This document shows positions 11,388-21,587 of a DNA stretch of 40,579 bases, in pieces. How positions within the stretch are numbered: the first letter of the stretch is position 1; every line of letters begins with the position of its first letter. This DNA is from Saprolegnia diclina VS20. Lineage: Eukaryota. Below the pieces are notes generated by a model. The model was not told the DNA's origin and did not search any database. It worked only from the letters and a program-made list of their open reading frames with translations. Location of the stretch: NCBI RefSeq assembly GCF_000281045.1, contig NW_008246101.1, forward strand, positions 311,495 through 352,073. Direction: 5' to 3'. A program made the position numbers and the translations under genes.

Positions 11388-12207
11388 TCATGGCTTGGAA
11401 AGAGGCTGGCCAAACTTGCCGCGGAAGAAGAGGTCGTTCAGAGGCAGACGCGGCGACGGCCCGCGACCGCTCGTCGACGGGGCGGCGTACCCGCACGCAA
11501 TGACTACCGGCACCGAATAACGGTCCGGAATGTCGAGCGCGTGACGCAGGCGCGTCTCGTCGTAGCCTTCCATGGCCTGCGTGCCGACGCCGTGGGACTC
11601 GGCCGCGTACATGAACGTCGTGGCGGCAAGCATCGTCTGCTTGTACGACCACGCGGTCACGGGCACGTACGTTGGGACCGGGCGCAGCGGCGACACGGCG
11701 GTCGAGATGAGCGCGCGGAGGCCGCCGGCCAAGTGGCCTTCGCCGCCAAAGAAGCGCAGCTTGGCGCCGAGCTGCTGGACGTACGACGGGTTCGCACCAT
11801 CTTGGCGAAGCATGTGTTCGACAGCGGGCAGGCGCTTGCTGGGCTCTACGCCGCATCCTCATACGTGGGGCAGGAAACAAGGTATCGAACGTCGTACCCA
11901 AGTCGGCAGCGAATACCGCAATGAGTGGTGCGCTTTGCACCTTCTCCACGTTGCCGCCCAACATGGCAGCGCTCATGGCCTCACGCTCCGCAGCGTCCTC
12001 AATGAGGATGCACGCGTACGGCTGCATGTTGAGGCTCGTCGGTGCCCGCTAGAATGGGCGTCAACCTCGCATGTAGAGAGCATGCGAGCGTACCCGCGTC
12101 GTCTCGAGGATGTCCTGCACGACGTCCTTGGCGATGGCCGTGGGCAGGAAGCGGCTCACCGAATGGCGCTGCTGCGCAATGGCCCGGAACGTGCTGGCGG
12201 CCGACAT
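11388..12207 (-). CDS. Nitroreductase-family (FMN) oxidoreductase
   Basis: MSAASTFRAIAQQRHSVSRF...R|RAPTSLNMQPY...FMYAAESHGVGTQAMEGYD...VVIACGY..SPRLP, the typical RxS, APS..NxQP, MEG and GY motifs. Two short introns. Confidence 0.85.
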
Positions 12208-12515
12208 CGGTGGAACTCGGCAGCACTTTCGATTTTGCCAATCTTTGAGCCAATCGGATACCGTTTCACGTTGACCAATCCCAGCACGCCAACCAGTTGC
12301 CTGCTGCTTTCAGCAATCAAATGACACCAAACACGTTGACCTCCGGCGACCGGTAGGGTACTTAGCCCACGTTATCGCTCGTGCTTGAGTTGACGCGATG
12401 TCCTACGGGGCACGCAGTGGAGCAGTACGTCGTCGTCTCGCTCGAGCTTGCACCCTGCGGCAAAAAATGGGTCAGCGTAAATCTGACCCCGTATGCAGAG
12501 CGTGCATTTTAACCA

Positions 12516-13799
12516 ATGGCATTGCCCGATTCCACGACAGCCGCCATGAACTTGACCGTGGGGCAGCGCTGCGAGATCTCGGGGAAGCGTCGCGGCGAGG
12601 TTGCGTACATTGGCCCCGTGGAGGGTATCCCGGCCGGCGACTGGGTTGGCGTGCGCTTGGACCTCGCCTTTGGCAAGAACGACGGGACGCAGAACGGTAC
12701 CTCGTACTTTGCGGCGGCGCCGCTGCATGGCGTGTTTGTCCGGCCCGAGAGCGTCAATGTCTCGGAGGCCTTTCCGCCGCTCCTCGTCGTGTCCGACAAC
12801 CTCTCGCTGGAAGAGAAGGTCCGCGTCGTCGAGAACGCCCGCGCCGAGCAGCGCGAGACGACGCAGCGCAAGGCCGCGCTCTCGGAAAAAGACACGCGCG
12901 CGACGGCCGTCGACGGCTTCTGGAAGCAGTTCACCGAGATGGAAACCGCGACGCGGGCTCGGCTCGACGCGCTGCAAAGCCAAGAGCCGTCGCCCAATCT
13001 CCGCGCCGAACTCGACAGCCTCGTGGCCGGCGTCCAGGCGATGCGCGACTCCGCCGCCGACGCGTCGCTCTACTTGCCGCCGTACGACATTCGCCAGTCG
13101 CAAGCGATCCTCTCGCGTCTCCTCGCCGAGATCGAGGCCCAGCGCAGCGCACTCGCCCCGCGTAAGAAGTTTACGTTTAAAGCCCGGGCGAAAAAAGCAT
13201 CGGCGACGACCGAGGCCATCACGGCGCCCAGTTCCGACGCGCCAACGCCGGCGATCGCACCGGCCACACTCGACCACGAGCTCATCTACGCCGACCGGTG
13301 TGACGAGGTGCTCGTCATCGACGCGCCGGAATCGCCCGACTTGACGCTGGCGCGCTTGACCAACTGCATCGTGTGCATTGTCACGCCGACATCGGCGCTG
13401 CGCGCGACCGCCCTCCGCAACTGCCACGTGCTCACGGGGCCGATCGCTGGGTCGCTCTGGCTCGAAGACTGCACCGAGAGCTCGTTCACGGTAGCTTGCC
13501 GTCAGCTGCGCGTGCACCACTGCCACAACGCGCGCTTCTACCTCCGTATTTCGAGCCACCCGATCATTGAAGACTGCAGCAAGTTGGGCTTTGCACCGTA
13601 CACGCTGCAGTTTGACGGCCTTGGTGCCCAGCTCGAAGCATCGGGCATGGACCGCCCGTCGCCGTTGTACGCGCAAGTGCACGACTTCAAGTGGCACCGG
13701 GCGCAGCAGTCGCCGCACTGGTACCTGCTCGGTGCGGACGACCTCCACCCGATGGCCGCGGATCCGCGTCTGCGCTCCACGCCCGTCTCGCTGCCGTAA
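12516..13799 (+). CDS. TBCC: Tubulin-folding cofactor C with N-terminal CAP-Gly domain
   Basis: Intronless 427 aa. CAP-Gly (WVGVRLD..GKNDG..YF..HGVFVRP), TBCC N-terminal helical domain (LPPYDIRQSQ..PRKKFTFK) and C-CAP/cofactor-C beta-helix (CRQLRVH, SHPIIEDC, FAPY, VHDFKW). Confidence 0.88.
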   Translation: MALPDSTTAAMNLTVGQRCEISGKRRGEVAYIGPVEGIPAGDWVGVRLDLAFGKNDGTQNGTSYFAAAPLHGVFVRPESVNVSEAFPPLLVVSDNLSLEEKVRVVENARAEQRETTQRKAALSEKDTRATAVDGFWKQFTEMETATRARLDALQSQEPSPNLRAELDSLVAGVQAMRDSAADASLYLPPYDIRQSQAILSRLLAEIEAQRSALAPRKKFTFKARAKKASATTEAITAPSSDAPTPAIAPATLDHELIYADRCDEVLVIDAPESPDLTLARLTNCIVCIVTPTSALRATALRNCHVLTGPIAGSLWLEDCTESSFTVACRQLRVHHCHNARFYLRISSHPIIEDCSKLGFAPYTLQFDGLGAQLEASGMDRPSPLYAQVHDFKWHRAQQSPHWYLLGADDLHPMAADPRLRSTPVSLP

Positions 13800-13848
13800 G
13801 CTACACGACAATTGTATATCGAGTTATAAGTATATTCGAGCCATTTGA

Positions 13849-14675
13849 TTATGCAGTCTTGGTTTTTTTCGACTGCTTCTTGGGCTTGAGCACGACCGGA
13901 ACATCGTCCGTGTTGTTGTTGACGATCGTCTTGGGCTTCTTGGTCTTCTTGAGCGTCGGGATCTCATCTTCCTCGTTCTTGACAGCCGCTTCCTTCTTGG
14001 TCTTCTTGACCTTCTTGGGCTCCGCGACGACGACAGCGGCCGGTTCCACCGACTTGCGCTTCTTCGTCGACGTCTTCTTGGCCGGGCGCATGCTGCCGTC
14101 AATCGAAATGACACCATAGGCCTGGTGCACGCTACACATACAAGATGAGCCAACGCAAGACGACGGTGGGCGAGAGTACCGAAGGACGTTGAACGCGACT
14201 TCCGCGCCAAGTTCGATCGTGACGCCATCGTCGCCGACCCAGGCTTCTTCGTGAAAGTTGTGGGTGTAGCCATCGGGCATTTCGGCCGCGTCGATCGAGA
14301 CGTTGAAGACGCCAGCGAGGAGGAGACCAATGTGGTTACTGCCGACCTTGTTGACGACTGCCGAGAGCTCCATGCCGGGCGTCGGCCGGAAGACGAGCGC
14401 ATCGGCCGCGACGCGCACGTGGATGTACGGCGTCTCGTTGATGATGTGGCCGTACGGGTTCAAGAGCGTGATCGCGTTGAACGCAAGGATCACGCCTTCG
14501 ACCGGGTCGCAGTACTTCATGAGCATGAGGTTGAGCTGCTCCTCGAGGCCCTTCTTCGCATCGTGAATGTGGCATGGCGCCAGACTGCAGCTCATGACGA
14601 GCTACTCATGCATGAGCTTCCTCCATCCAAGTGGTCATCCGCGTCGTCTACCTTGGCGTTCACGAACGGGCTCAT
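13849..14675 (-). CDS. RPA43: RNA polymerase I subunit RPA43-like
   Basis: MSPFVNAK|LVMSCSLAPCH..LMKY..VEGVILAF..IINETPYIHVRV..LVFRP..VVNKVGSNHIGLLLAGVFNVSI, then a Lys-rich C-tail. Introns at 14602-14651 and 14132-14179. Confidence 0.8.
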
Positions 14676-15015
14676 CTCGCGGGCTCTCGAACAAATGCAC
14701 ACTACTTGCATTTTATGTCCATTCAAGTTCGCGCAACCGAGCCAATCAACGGATGCAGCGCCTTCGTATCCGGCATCCGCATAAAGTGCGTGGCAGCTTC
14801 GGGACACAAGCCATGGACCATCGATGGCTGCCGCTGGTATCTTGATCGCAAGCGCGCTGCAGATCGGCGGTAGGCTGGACCGGGACCCATGCAATATGCT
14901 TGCCGTTGTCTCTCGGGGTGGTCCAACTGTGATCGCGCGAGAGGTCGCAGGGTGGTTGCTGCTTGAAGCGATAAGAATATCGCGAGCGTATAGAGGGTAA
15001 ATAGGACCGGTGTCC

Positions 15016-15441
15016 TTAGTTGTTTTCAAGGTAGGCTTCGAGATCGTCGAGGTCGTCCGAGCCATGCGTGGCACTGGCTGGTGGCTCATAGAGCTGGGGC
15101 TCGACGGGGCGGTGCAATGCGTCGCGCGCCGCTTGCTGCGCAGCTTCTTGTTCGGCCATTTCCTGGGCGACACGGGCTTGGCGCTCGCGGGCCTCGTTAC
15201 GCCGATCGATATTGCGCCGCTCAGCGTCAAAGCGTGTCTCGAGAGCAGCCCGCTCGACCTTGAGGAGCTCGATCTGCTCGAGTGCCATCGCACGCGACCG
15301 CTGGATCTTGGCGAGCTCTGCTGTCAGCGCCCGCAGCTCCGCTTCGTCGGCGTCCGCCAGCCGCTCGGTTTCGTCGCCGCTAGCTTGTACCTCGGCTTCG
15401 CCGACCTCCCGCAGTCCGGCAACATCAGCTTCGTCTGCCAT
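15016..15441 (-). CDS. Small coiled-coil hypothetical protein (~141 aa)
   Basis: Coding-like codon usage; E/A/R/Q-rich heptad pattern (ELRALTAELAKIQRSRAMALEQIELLKVERAAL); acidic C-terminus. Confidence 0.6.
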   Translation of the reverse strand: MADEADVAGLREVGEAEVQASGDETERLADADEAELRALTAELAKIQRSRAMALEQIELLKVERAALETRFDAERRNIDRRNEARERQARVAQEMAEQEAAQQAARDALHRPVEPQLYEPPASATHGSDDLDDLEAYLENN

Positions 15442-16016
15442 GCTTTTCGAATCAAACACTACTGAGCGTGCACCTCCACACTATATGCTGCACTAGTCCC
15501 TTCTGTGAATAGTGTTACTCCCGTACTTCAGTCCTTTGTCCAGTCCCGCCCATCCTGTGCAGCGGCTTCTTCAAGTCGAGAGCCCTGTCGCTGCTCCCGG
15601 AGCAGCCCACCGACCCCACCGACCAGCACTATCCCTCCTTCCTTGTACGTTGGGCTTGATACATTCAATCAACCACGAAAAAAGCTCTAAATACCACAGA
15701 AAAAGGCGATTCGCGCTACATTTTCAAGCGCCAAGCCACAAGCCCATGGCGCACATGATGGTCGTTGCGACGGTGCTGGATCGGGGCTCACATTGGGCGA
15801 CGCGGCGTTGCCCTGTCCCGTCGAGCGTCGGCCGCGCGACCCCAAGAATTTTTTTGGCAGTTCTTAGTGAATGTAGCCAATCAAACGCACGGATTTGGCA
15901 CGTAATATTATTCTATTGCATAGAATCTTCCATATAATAGAATACGGGCGAGGCAAAAGAATGGACTGGTCGCATCAAACCATTGGGTGGACTTGAATCC
16001 CGAATTGCCTGCGAAG

Positions 16017-16703
16017 ATGTCGGCCGTTGAAAGCTCGCTGCCCGCCCCTGGCACGGACGCCGTCGTCGCGCCCGCGGCCCCCGAGGACGTCGCCAGCATG
16101 TTCAACCTCTCGAAGACGAAGAAGAAGAAGAAGAAGAAGAACGACACCGAGGCCGAGGACGCGGTGGCTACGTCGACGGAGGCGGCGCCGGCGGTCGTGG
16201 ACGCGAGCATTGAAGACCCCGCGAGCTACACGTACGAGGAGATGCTGGACCGCGTCATGAACAAGCTCCACGAACTCAACCCGGAGCTGAGCAACCGCAC
16301 GAAGCACACGATGAAGCCGCCGCAGCTCATGCGCGTGGGCACGAAGAAGACGCTGTGGGTCAACTTTCAGGAGATTTGTAAGATGATGCACCGCAACCCG
16401 GAGCACGTGCTTCAGTTTACGCTCTCGGAACTCGGTACGGAAGGCTCGATCGACGGCTCGCAGCGCCTCGTCATCCGCGGTCGGTATGTGCCCAAGTACA
16501 TTGAGTCGCTCCTGCGCAAATACATCACCGAGTACGTCACGTGCCAAATGTGCCGCAGCCCCAACACGACGCTCACGCGCGACAACGTCTCGCGCCTCCA
16601 CTTTGTCCACTGCCAAGAGTGCGGCTCGAGCCGCTCCGTCGCGGCCATCCGCTCGGGTTTCCACGCGGCGACGCGCGCCGACCGTCGTGCGGCCCGAAAG
16701 TAA
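16017..16703 (+). CDS. EIF2S2: Eukaryotic translation initiation factor 2 beta subunit
   Basis: Poly-Lys tract, YTYEEMLDRV, PPQLMRVGTKKT.WVNF, ELGTEGSIDG..RLVIRGRY, and a C4 zinc finger (CQMC...CQECGS). Confidence 0.95.
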   Translation: MSAVESSLPAPGTDAVVAPAAPEDVASMFNLSKTKKKKKKKNDTEAEDAVATSTEAAPAVVDASIEDPASYTYEEMLDRVMNKLHELNPELSNRTKHTMKPPQLMRVGTKKTLWVNFQEICKMMHRNPEHVLQFTLSELGTEGSIDGSQRLVIRGRYVPKYIESLLRKYITEYVTCQMCRSPNTTLTRDNVSRLHFVHCQECGSSRSVAAIRSGFHAATRADRRAARK

Positions 16704-17611
16704 GCCCACCCCTAGACTTGACACTGTCGAAATACCTCTGGTGGACGGACCCGTGTCGTTTAATATAGCCGCTGTAAACACAATGTCCGAGTTGCACCGT
16801 GTCAACATCATCTCGCGCAGCGCCGGCCTACCCGCCGTGCGATACGGTCGACAGGCGACATCGCCCGAAGCAAGGATAAGGCCTTGACGAGCCGCATTCG
16901 CATACACTATGCTCACTCTCCTGGTTGGTGCTGTGATCACGCACAGCCAGCGCCGCGGCAGCCAAATAAGATGACGAGCGATGACACCATGGTCCCCGCG
17001 CATGCAAGGCACTTGGCGGGTCGTTCTCCATCGGTATCTCGTCAATGAATGTCATTTGGTCAAGTTTGTCGGCCGTCATGAAGCGTCGCGACAACGCGTA
17101 GGTGCAAGCAGTCCATGACCTGGACCAGCGCGCAGGGGTGACCACGAGCACGAGCACCAGGGAAAATAAGAGCTTATTTCGCTTGACGAGCTCGTACTGG
17201 TGCTGCGCGGTGCGTCGAGAGAGGCGCCAGCCGGGACGAGCACGTCGACCGCAGCCATCGCGGCCGTCATGAGCCCGTCAGTACGGCTGCTTCGACCATT
17301 TAATACGCAGTAGATCGGGCATATCACCGGCTCGCGGTGCGCTCAACTGCTAACTGAAGAGCACGTATGCAGACCAAAGGGCTTTTCTATACGGGCGGCT
17401 CAAAGCGTGTGGCTCACTGCTCCTCGTGGAGGCGACGACAACGGTGCGGATCTGCAATTTGTAGTTTTGGACTGTGCAGCAGTCGGTGTGCCAGTTGCCA
17501 GTTGAGCGCGCCATCCGAGATGTATGGTGATGGCCGAGAATCCCATGAGCTTCTGTCAAATGAAAAGCAGGATGACAAAAGGACAGAACGCTAGGACGAA
17601 GAGAGGTGTCT

Positions 17612-19008
17612 TTATCGAGGGTAAAAGTCGCGGGGCGAGAGGAGCAGCCTTGGTGCGACGATCGCCGTCTGCGGTCGGCGCTGGCTCTCGGCTTTGGAGC
17701 ACGACATGGCCACCGAAGGAAGTCCGAGCGCGTGCAGAAACAAGTCGGCGCCGCTCGTCGACGGTCGGCCTTTTCGCGTTGTCGCTTGCTTGGGCCGGTA
17801 CCCCGACATGGGCGCGACAAGCCCGAGGCCCAACGACTTGTTCAACGAAAGCTCCCAGCGCGACACCTTGAAGCGCGCCCAGAGCCGTGGCGCATCAGCT
17901 GCCCGCTGCCAGCGGTAGCAAACCTGCAACGCGCGGCTCAGGTCCCTGCATCCAAAGCAGTGAGCTCATCGGTTCAATTACTGCGCAAGGTGTACGGTAG
18001 TGGGAGGTAGGAAAATATATGCTCGCGGTGCTTGGTTTGGAGTGTGCTCTCAGGCCCTATGCACGTCAAGGCTTTGACCTACACGGTGCGTGCACGTACC
18101 CCGTGGTCGGCGCGTTGGCTCGCGACCAAGTCGGTCAGCGTCCTCCTTGCCTGCACATAGCTCACTTGTGAGCCAAGATATGGGAGAGATGGCTCGCACT
18201 GGAATCAAACTCGTGCCGGGTTCGCTCCTCGGTCGCTTCGTCTTCGGCAATGTCATCGAAGCGATTCCGGATGCGCCAGTCGACGTCTCGCCGCAGCAGC
18301 AAGCGCACGATGCGGAAATGGCCTTTCCGAGCTGCGTAAAAGAGCGCAGTCTCGTGGTCCTAGCAGTGCGTGTAGCGATAGTTTGGTCAACTTGTCGTGT
18401 ACGCTGGTGACGACGTTGACGTCGGCGCCTTTGTCCAGAAGGAATTCGGCAATGTGGAAATGACCGCCATGGCACGCCAAGTGCAGTGCGGCTTCGCCAA
18501 ACTAGACCACCCGGTTGGTGACGCAACGTGGTGCGTCATTGTGTACCTTGTTGGTCTGGTTGAGCGGCCAGCCAAACTGCACCAAGAGCTCGGCGATCGC
18601 CAAGTGCCCGCGCGTCGCAGCATGATGCAGCGGCGTGTAGCCTTGCTACGCAGGAATGATGAGGTGCCCGTGAATAGATAAAGGTGGCACCATGCCGAGG
18701 CAGTGCTGTGGCGACACGCCTTGATGTAGTAGCAAGTACATGGCCTTCTTGTTGCCCTTCTCGGCGGCGATGAGCACTTGCTGGGCTAACTGGTCGCGCT
18801 CGGTCGACATGAGCCCATTGAGCTTGTCTGCATACTGCGTCGTCGAGCGCTACGAGACGCTGTTAGCATGGCTGGCGCAAGTGGCCGCGGTCACCTCGGG
18901 CGCCGGCGGCTGCTTCTTGGGCGCCTTGGGCTTCTGCCGGTGCTTGCGTCCCGACGACGTCGACGGGCGCTGCCAAGGCTCGTCCTGGTTCTCGGTCCGG
19001 CGCAGCAT
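17612..19008 (-). CDS. Ankyrin-repeat protein with downstream F-box (about 8 exons)
   Basis: Reconstructed through 7 short GT-AG introns: MLRRTENQ..|..LIAAEKGN..|QGYTPLHHAATRGHLAIAELLV..|FGEAALHLACHGGHFHIAEFLLDKGADVN..|DHETALFYAARKGHFRIVRLLL..|..|..LQTKHREHIFSYLPLP|DLSRALQVCYRWQRAADAPRLW; stop at 17612. Confidence 0.72.
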
Positions 19009-19158
19009 CCAGCAAACTGCCACGTCTATAATTAGATTGCGCTACGTGAAATACTGTTAATGGTATATAATAATGTAGGGCATGTGATATACGAACTATG
19101 AAGTCCTTGATATAAGAACGTAGATACGACTGTGGTCGCCAATACAATTTGGACGAAG

Positions 19159-20278
19159 ATGGAACCTGAGGTCGAGTTCACGGCGCAGGAAGCGGCTGTC
19201 TATGACCGACAGATGCGCCTCTGGGGCGTCGAGGCCCAGCGCCGGCTTCAGAACTCGCATGTGCTCATCAGCGGCCTCACGCAGCTCGGTGCGGAGCTCG
19301 CCAAGAACCTCGTGCTCTCGGGCATGAACGTCACGCTCCATGACACGAACGTCGTGACCCAAGCCCACGTCGAGTCGCAGTTTCTGCTTCGCGCCGAGCA
19401 CATCGACCAGAACGTACGATTGACATCGATACCTTGGGCGCGGTTGCTAATGACATGGACGTCCATAGCTCGCCGACGCCTGCCTCGCTGGCGTGCGCGA
19501 CTTGAACCCGCTCGTCAAGGTCGAAGCGCTCACAAAGCCGTTGATCGAGTACCCGGCCGACTTCTTTGGCACATTTAGCGTCGTTTGTGTCATGTCAGCT
19601 CCGCGCAAGCTCCAGGTTGCACGACCATTTTCGTGATGCACAGCTCATGCCTATTATGCTCCAGGTGCACTTGGACACGATCTGCCGCGAAAAGAACATT
19701 GCGTTCTACGCAGGGCATGCGTTTGGGCTCTCGGGCATCTTCTTCGCCGACCTCAACATGCACACGTATCGGCGCAACGTGCCTGCAGGCGTCGAGAACG
19801 CCGAGGCGCCGCCGGCCATCACACTCGAGTTCCCGTCACTTGCGACCTCGATCGGCGTGCGATGGGCCGACTTGAAGTCGACGCGAAAGCGCGGCCCGGG
19901 CATTCCCGAGCCGTACGTGGCCTACCAACGTACGTGGCAATTATTATTCCTTCTTGGGTCCTCGATCTCATGTACGCTGCAGTGCTCCTCGACTACTGCG
20001 ATGCGCACGGTGCATTTCCGTCGTCGGCCGTCGCTGCTGCGTTCGCTGTCTTTGCCCACGACCAGCTCGAGAAGCAAGGCCTGGCGCGCGACTTCTTCTC
20101 GTCCGAGGTGCTCGCGACGCTGGCCAAGGTGGCCCACGCCGACGTCGTGCCCGTGTGCGCGATCACGGCCGGCATTCTCGGCCAAGAGATCATCAAGGCC
20201 ATCTCGCTCAAGGACGAGCCACTCTGCAACTACTTTTACTTTGACGGGTCGGCGGGCACGGTCCGTCGCGTTGGGTAA
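19159..20278 (+). CDS. SAE1: SUMO-activating enzyme subunit 1 (AOS1/SAE1)
   Basis: EAAVYDRQMRLWGVEAQRRL, GAELAKNLVLSG, ELNPLVKV, GIFFADL, PVCAITAGILGQEIIKAIS and NYFYFDG motifs. Three introns. Confidence 0.88.
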
Positions 20279-20408
20279 TCCGACTAATGCAGTACGAGGC
20301 GAAGACGAAGAAGAAAAAGTGTAAGCCTGGCGCACGCTCGGGGTGTGTACTAGAGACGAAAAGGGTAGACTACAGGTGCATGATGTCTACTACAACGGGT
20401 TGGCTTGT

Positions 20409-20912
20409 TTAATCCTGTTCGCTGACGTCCTCGAAGTTCTCGACGAGGTCCGGGACATCGTCATCGTCTTCGTCATCGAGGGCCGAGTGGCCCTGGGCGT
20501 TGCGCTGCATGGCCGTGTACGTCTCGGCGATCTGCTTCAAGTTGGCGAGGTTGTCCGGGCCCAACTGGTTGATGATGCCGGGGAGCAACTCCTGGAGCGA
20601 CTTGGTCGAGGCAGGGCCCGAGACGGCGAACGTGTTGGAGGCGAGCGAGGCCTGGACCTTGGGCTGGACAAAGTGGATGACCTGGCCGTCGGCCTTGAAG
20701 AGGTTGACTTCGTTCACGTCCGGCATGGGCGTCACGCCGAGCTTCTTGAGGGCGGCGTTGAGCTTCTTGTCATCGCCCGGGGCGGGCTTGTGCGCCGCCT
20801 TGTGCTTTCGGCGCACCGAGCCCTTGCCGCCGGTGCGGACGTCGCCAAACTTGGCGGCGAGGCGTTCACGCGCGAGAGCAATTTCGTCAGCCATGTCTAC
20901 AGGAGCCATCAT
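20409..20912 (-). CDS. BTF3: Nascent polypeptide-associated complex beta subunit (BTF3/EGD1)
   Basis: VRTGGKGSVRRK, DDKKL..LKKLGV, EVNLFK, PKVQAS..NTF, ELLPGIINQLG and DVPDLVENF. Start may be 20912 or 20894. Confidence 0.95.
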   Translation of the reverse strand: MMAPVDMADEIALARERLAAKFGDVRTGGKGSVRRKHKAAHKPAPGDDKKLNAALKKLGVTPMPDVNEVNLFKADGQVIHFVQPKVQASLASNTFAVSGPASTKSLQELLPGIINQLGPDNLANLKQIAETYTAMQRNAQGHSALDDEDDDDVPDLVENFEDVSEQD

Positions 20913-21587
20913 GAGCCGATCGGCCTTGGCGAGAGAGGATGCATCGGACCTAGTAAGAGGATTGAGCAAGTAAACCAGGCTTTAGCCTCCTCCGCCAAGC
21001 GCTGGCTCAACCCGGGCCCTAGCGTCCACCAACCACATCGCTCGGCCCAATTAAATGGCAATCGACTGGCGGTCGTGGCTTTGACGTTTTTGATACTGCA
21101 CAGGTATCGGCCAATCGGTCAAAAGCCCGATTACATTCCACATACAAAGGCCAAGGTATTTGACGAGCGCGCGCTATTTTATACAGGGCATCCAGGGCCA
21201 ATCGTAATCGTCACCTTTTCTACCAATGGGAGGCGAGATCCCGGCGGCCTTTTTATTTTATTGCGCGATCCAGTATACAAACCGCAAGACAAGATGCGCT
21301 TCCGCCATTGAATTGCGCGCCATGGATTTCAAGCTTTTTGGCCAATCACTCGCTGCTGCAGCACCGCACGCAACATGGCCGCTTCAACGTGCGCGGCGCC
21401 ATGACGCCTGCCATCATGGAGCGTGCACGGCTACAAGAGCTCGAGCCAAAGGGTGTACGGTCGATGCTCCAAGCGCTATACGTTTACGATAAATCCAATT
21501 CGGCACAAGGCGGGGCGGCGGTATGACGTGGCGGAGCGACACGCGTTACGTGCAGCGACCCAGGAGCAACAAGTGCAACCATTGAAG

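Noticed and set aside
16828..17330. Short minus-strand ORFs between eIF2-beta and the Ank-F-box gene
   Set aside because: Some coding-like codons, but no consistent start or splice model and no recognisable family. At best a decayed fragment.
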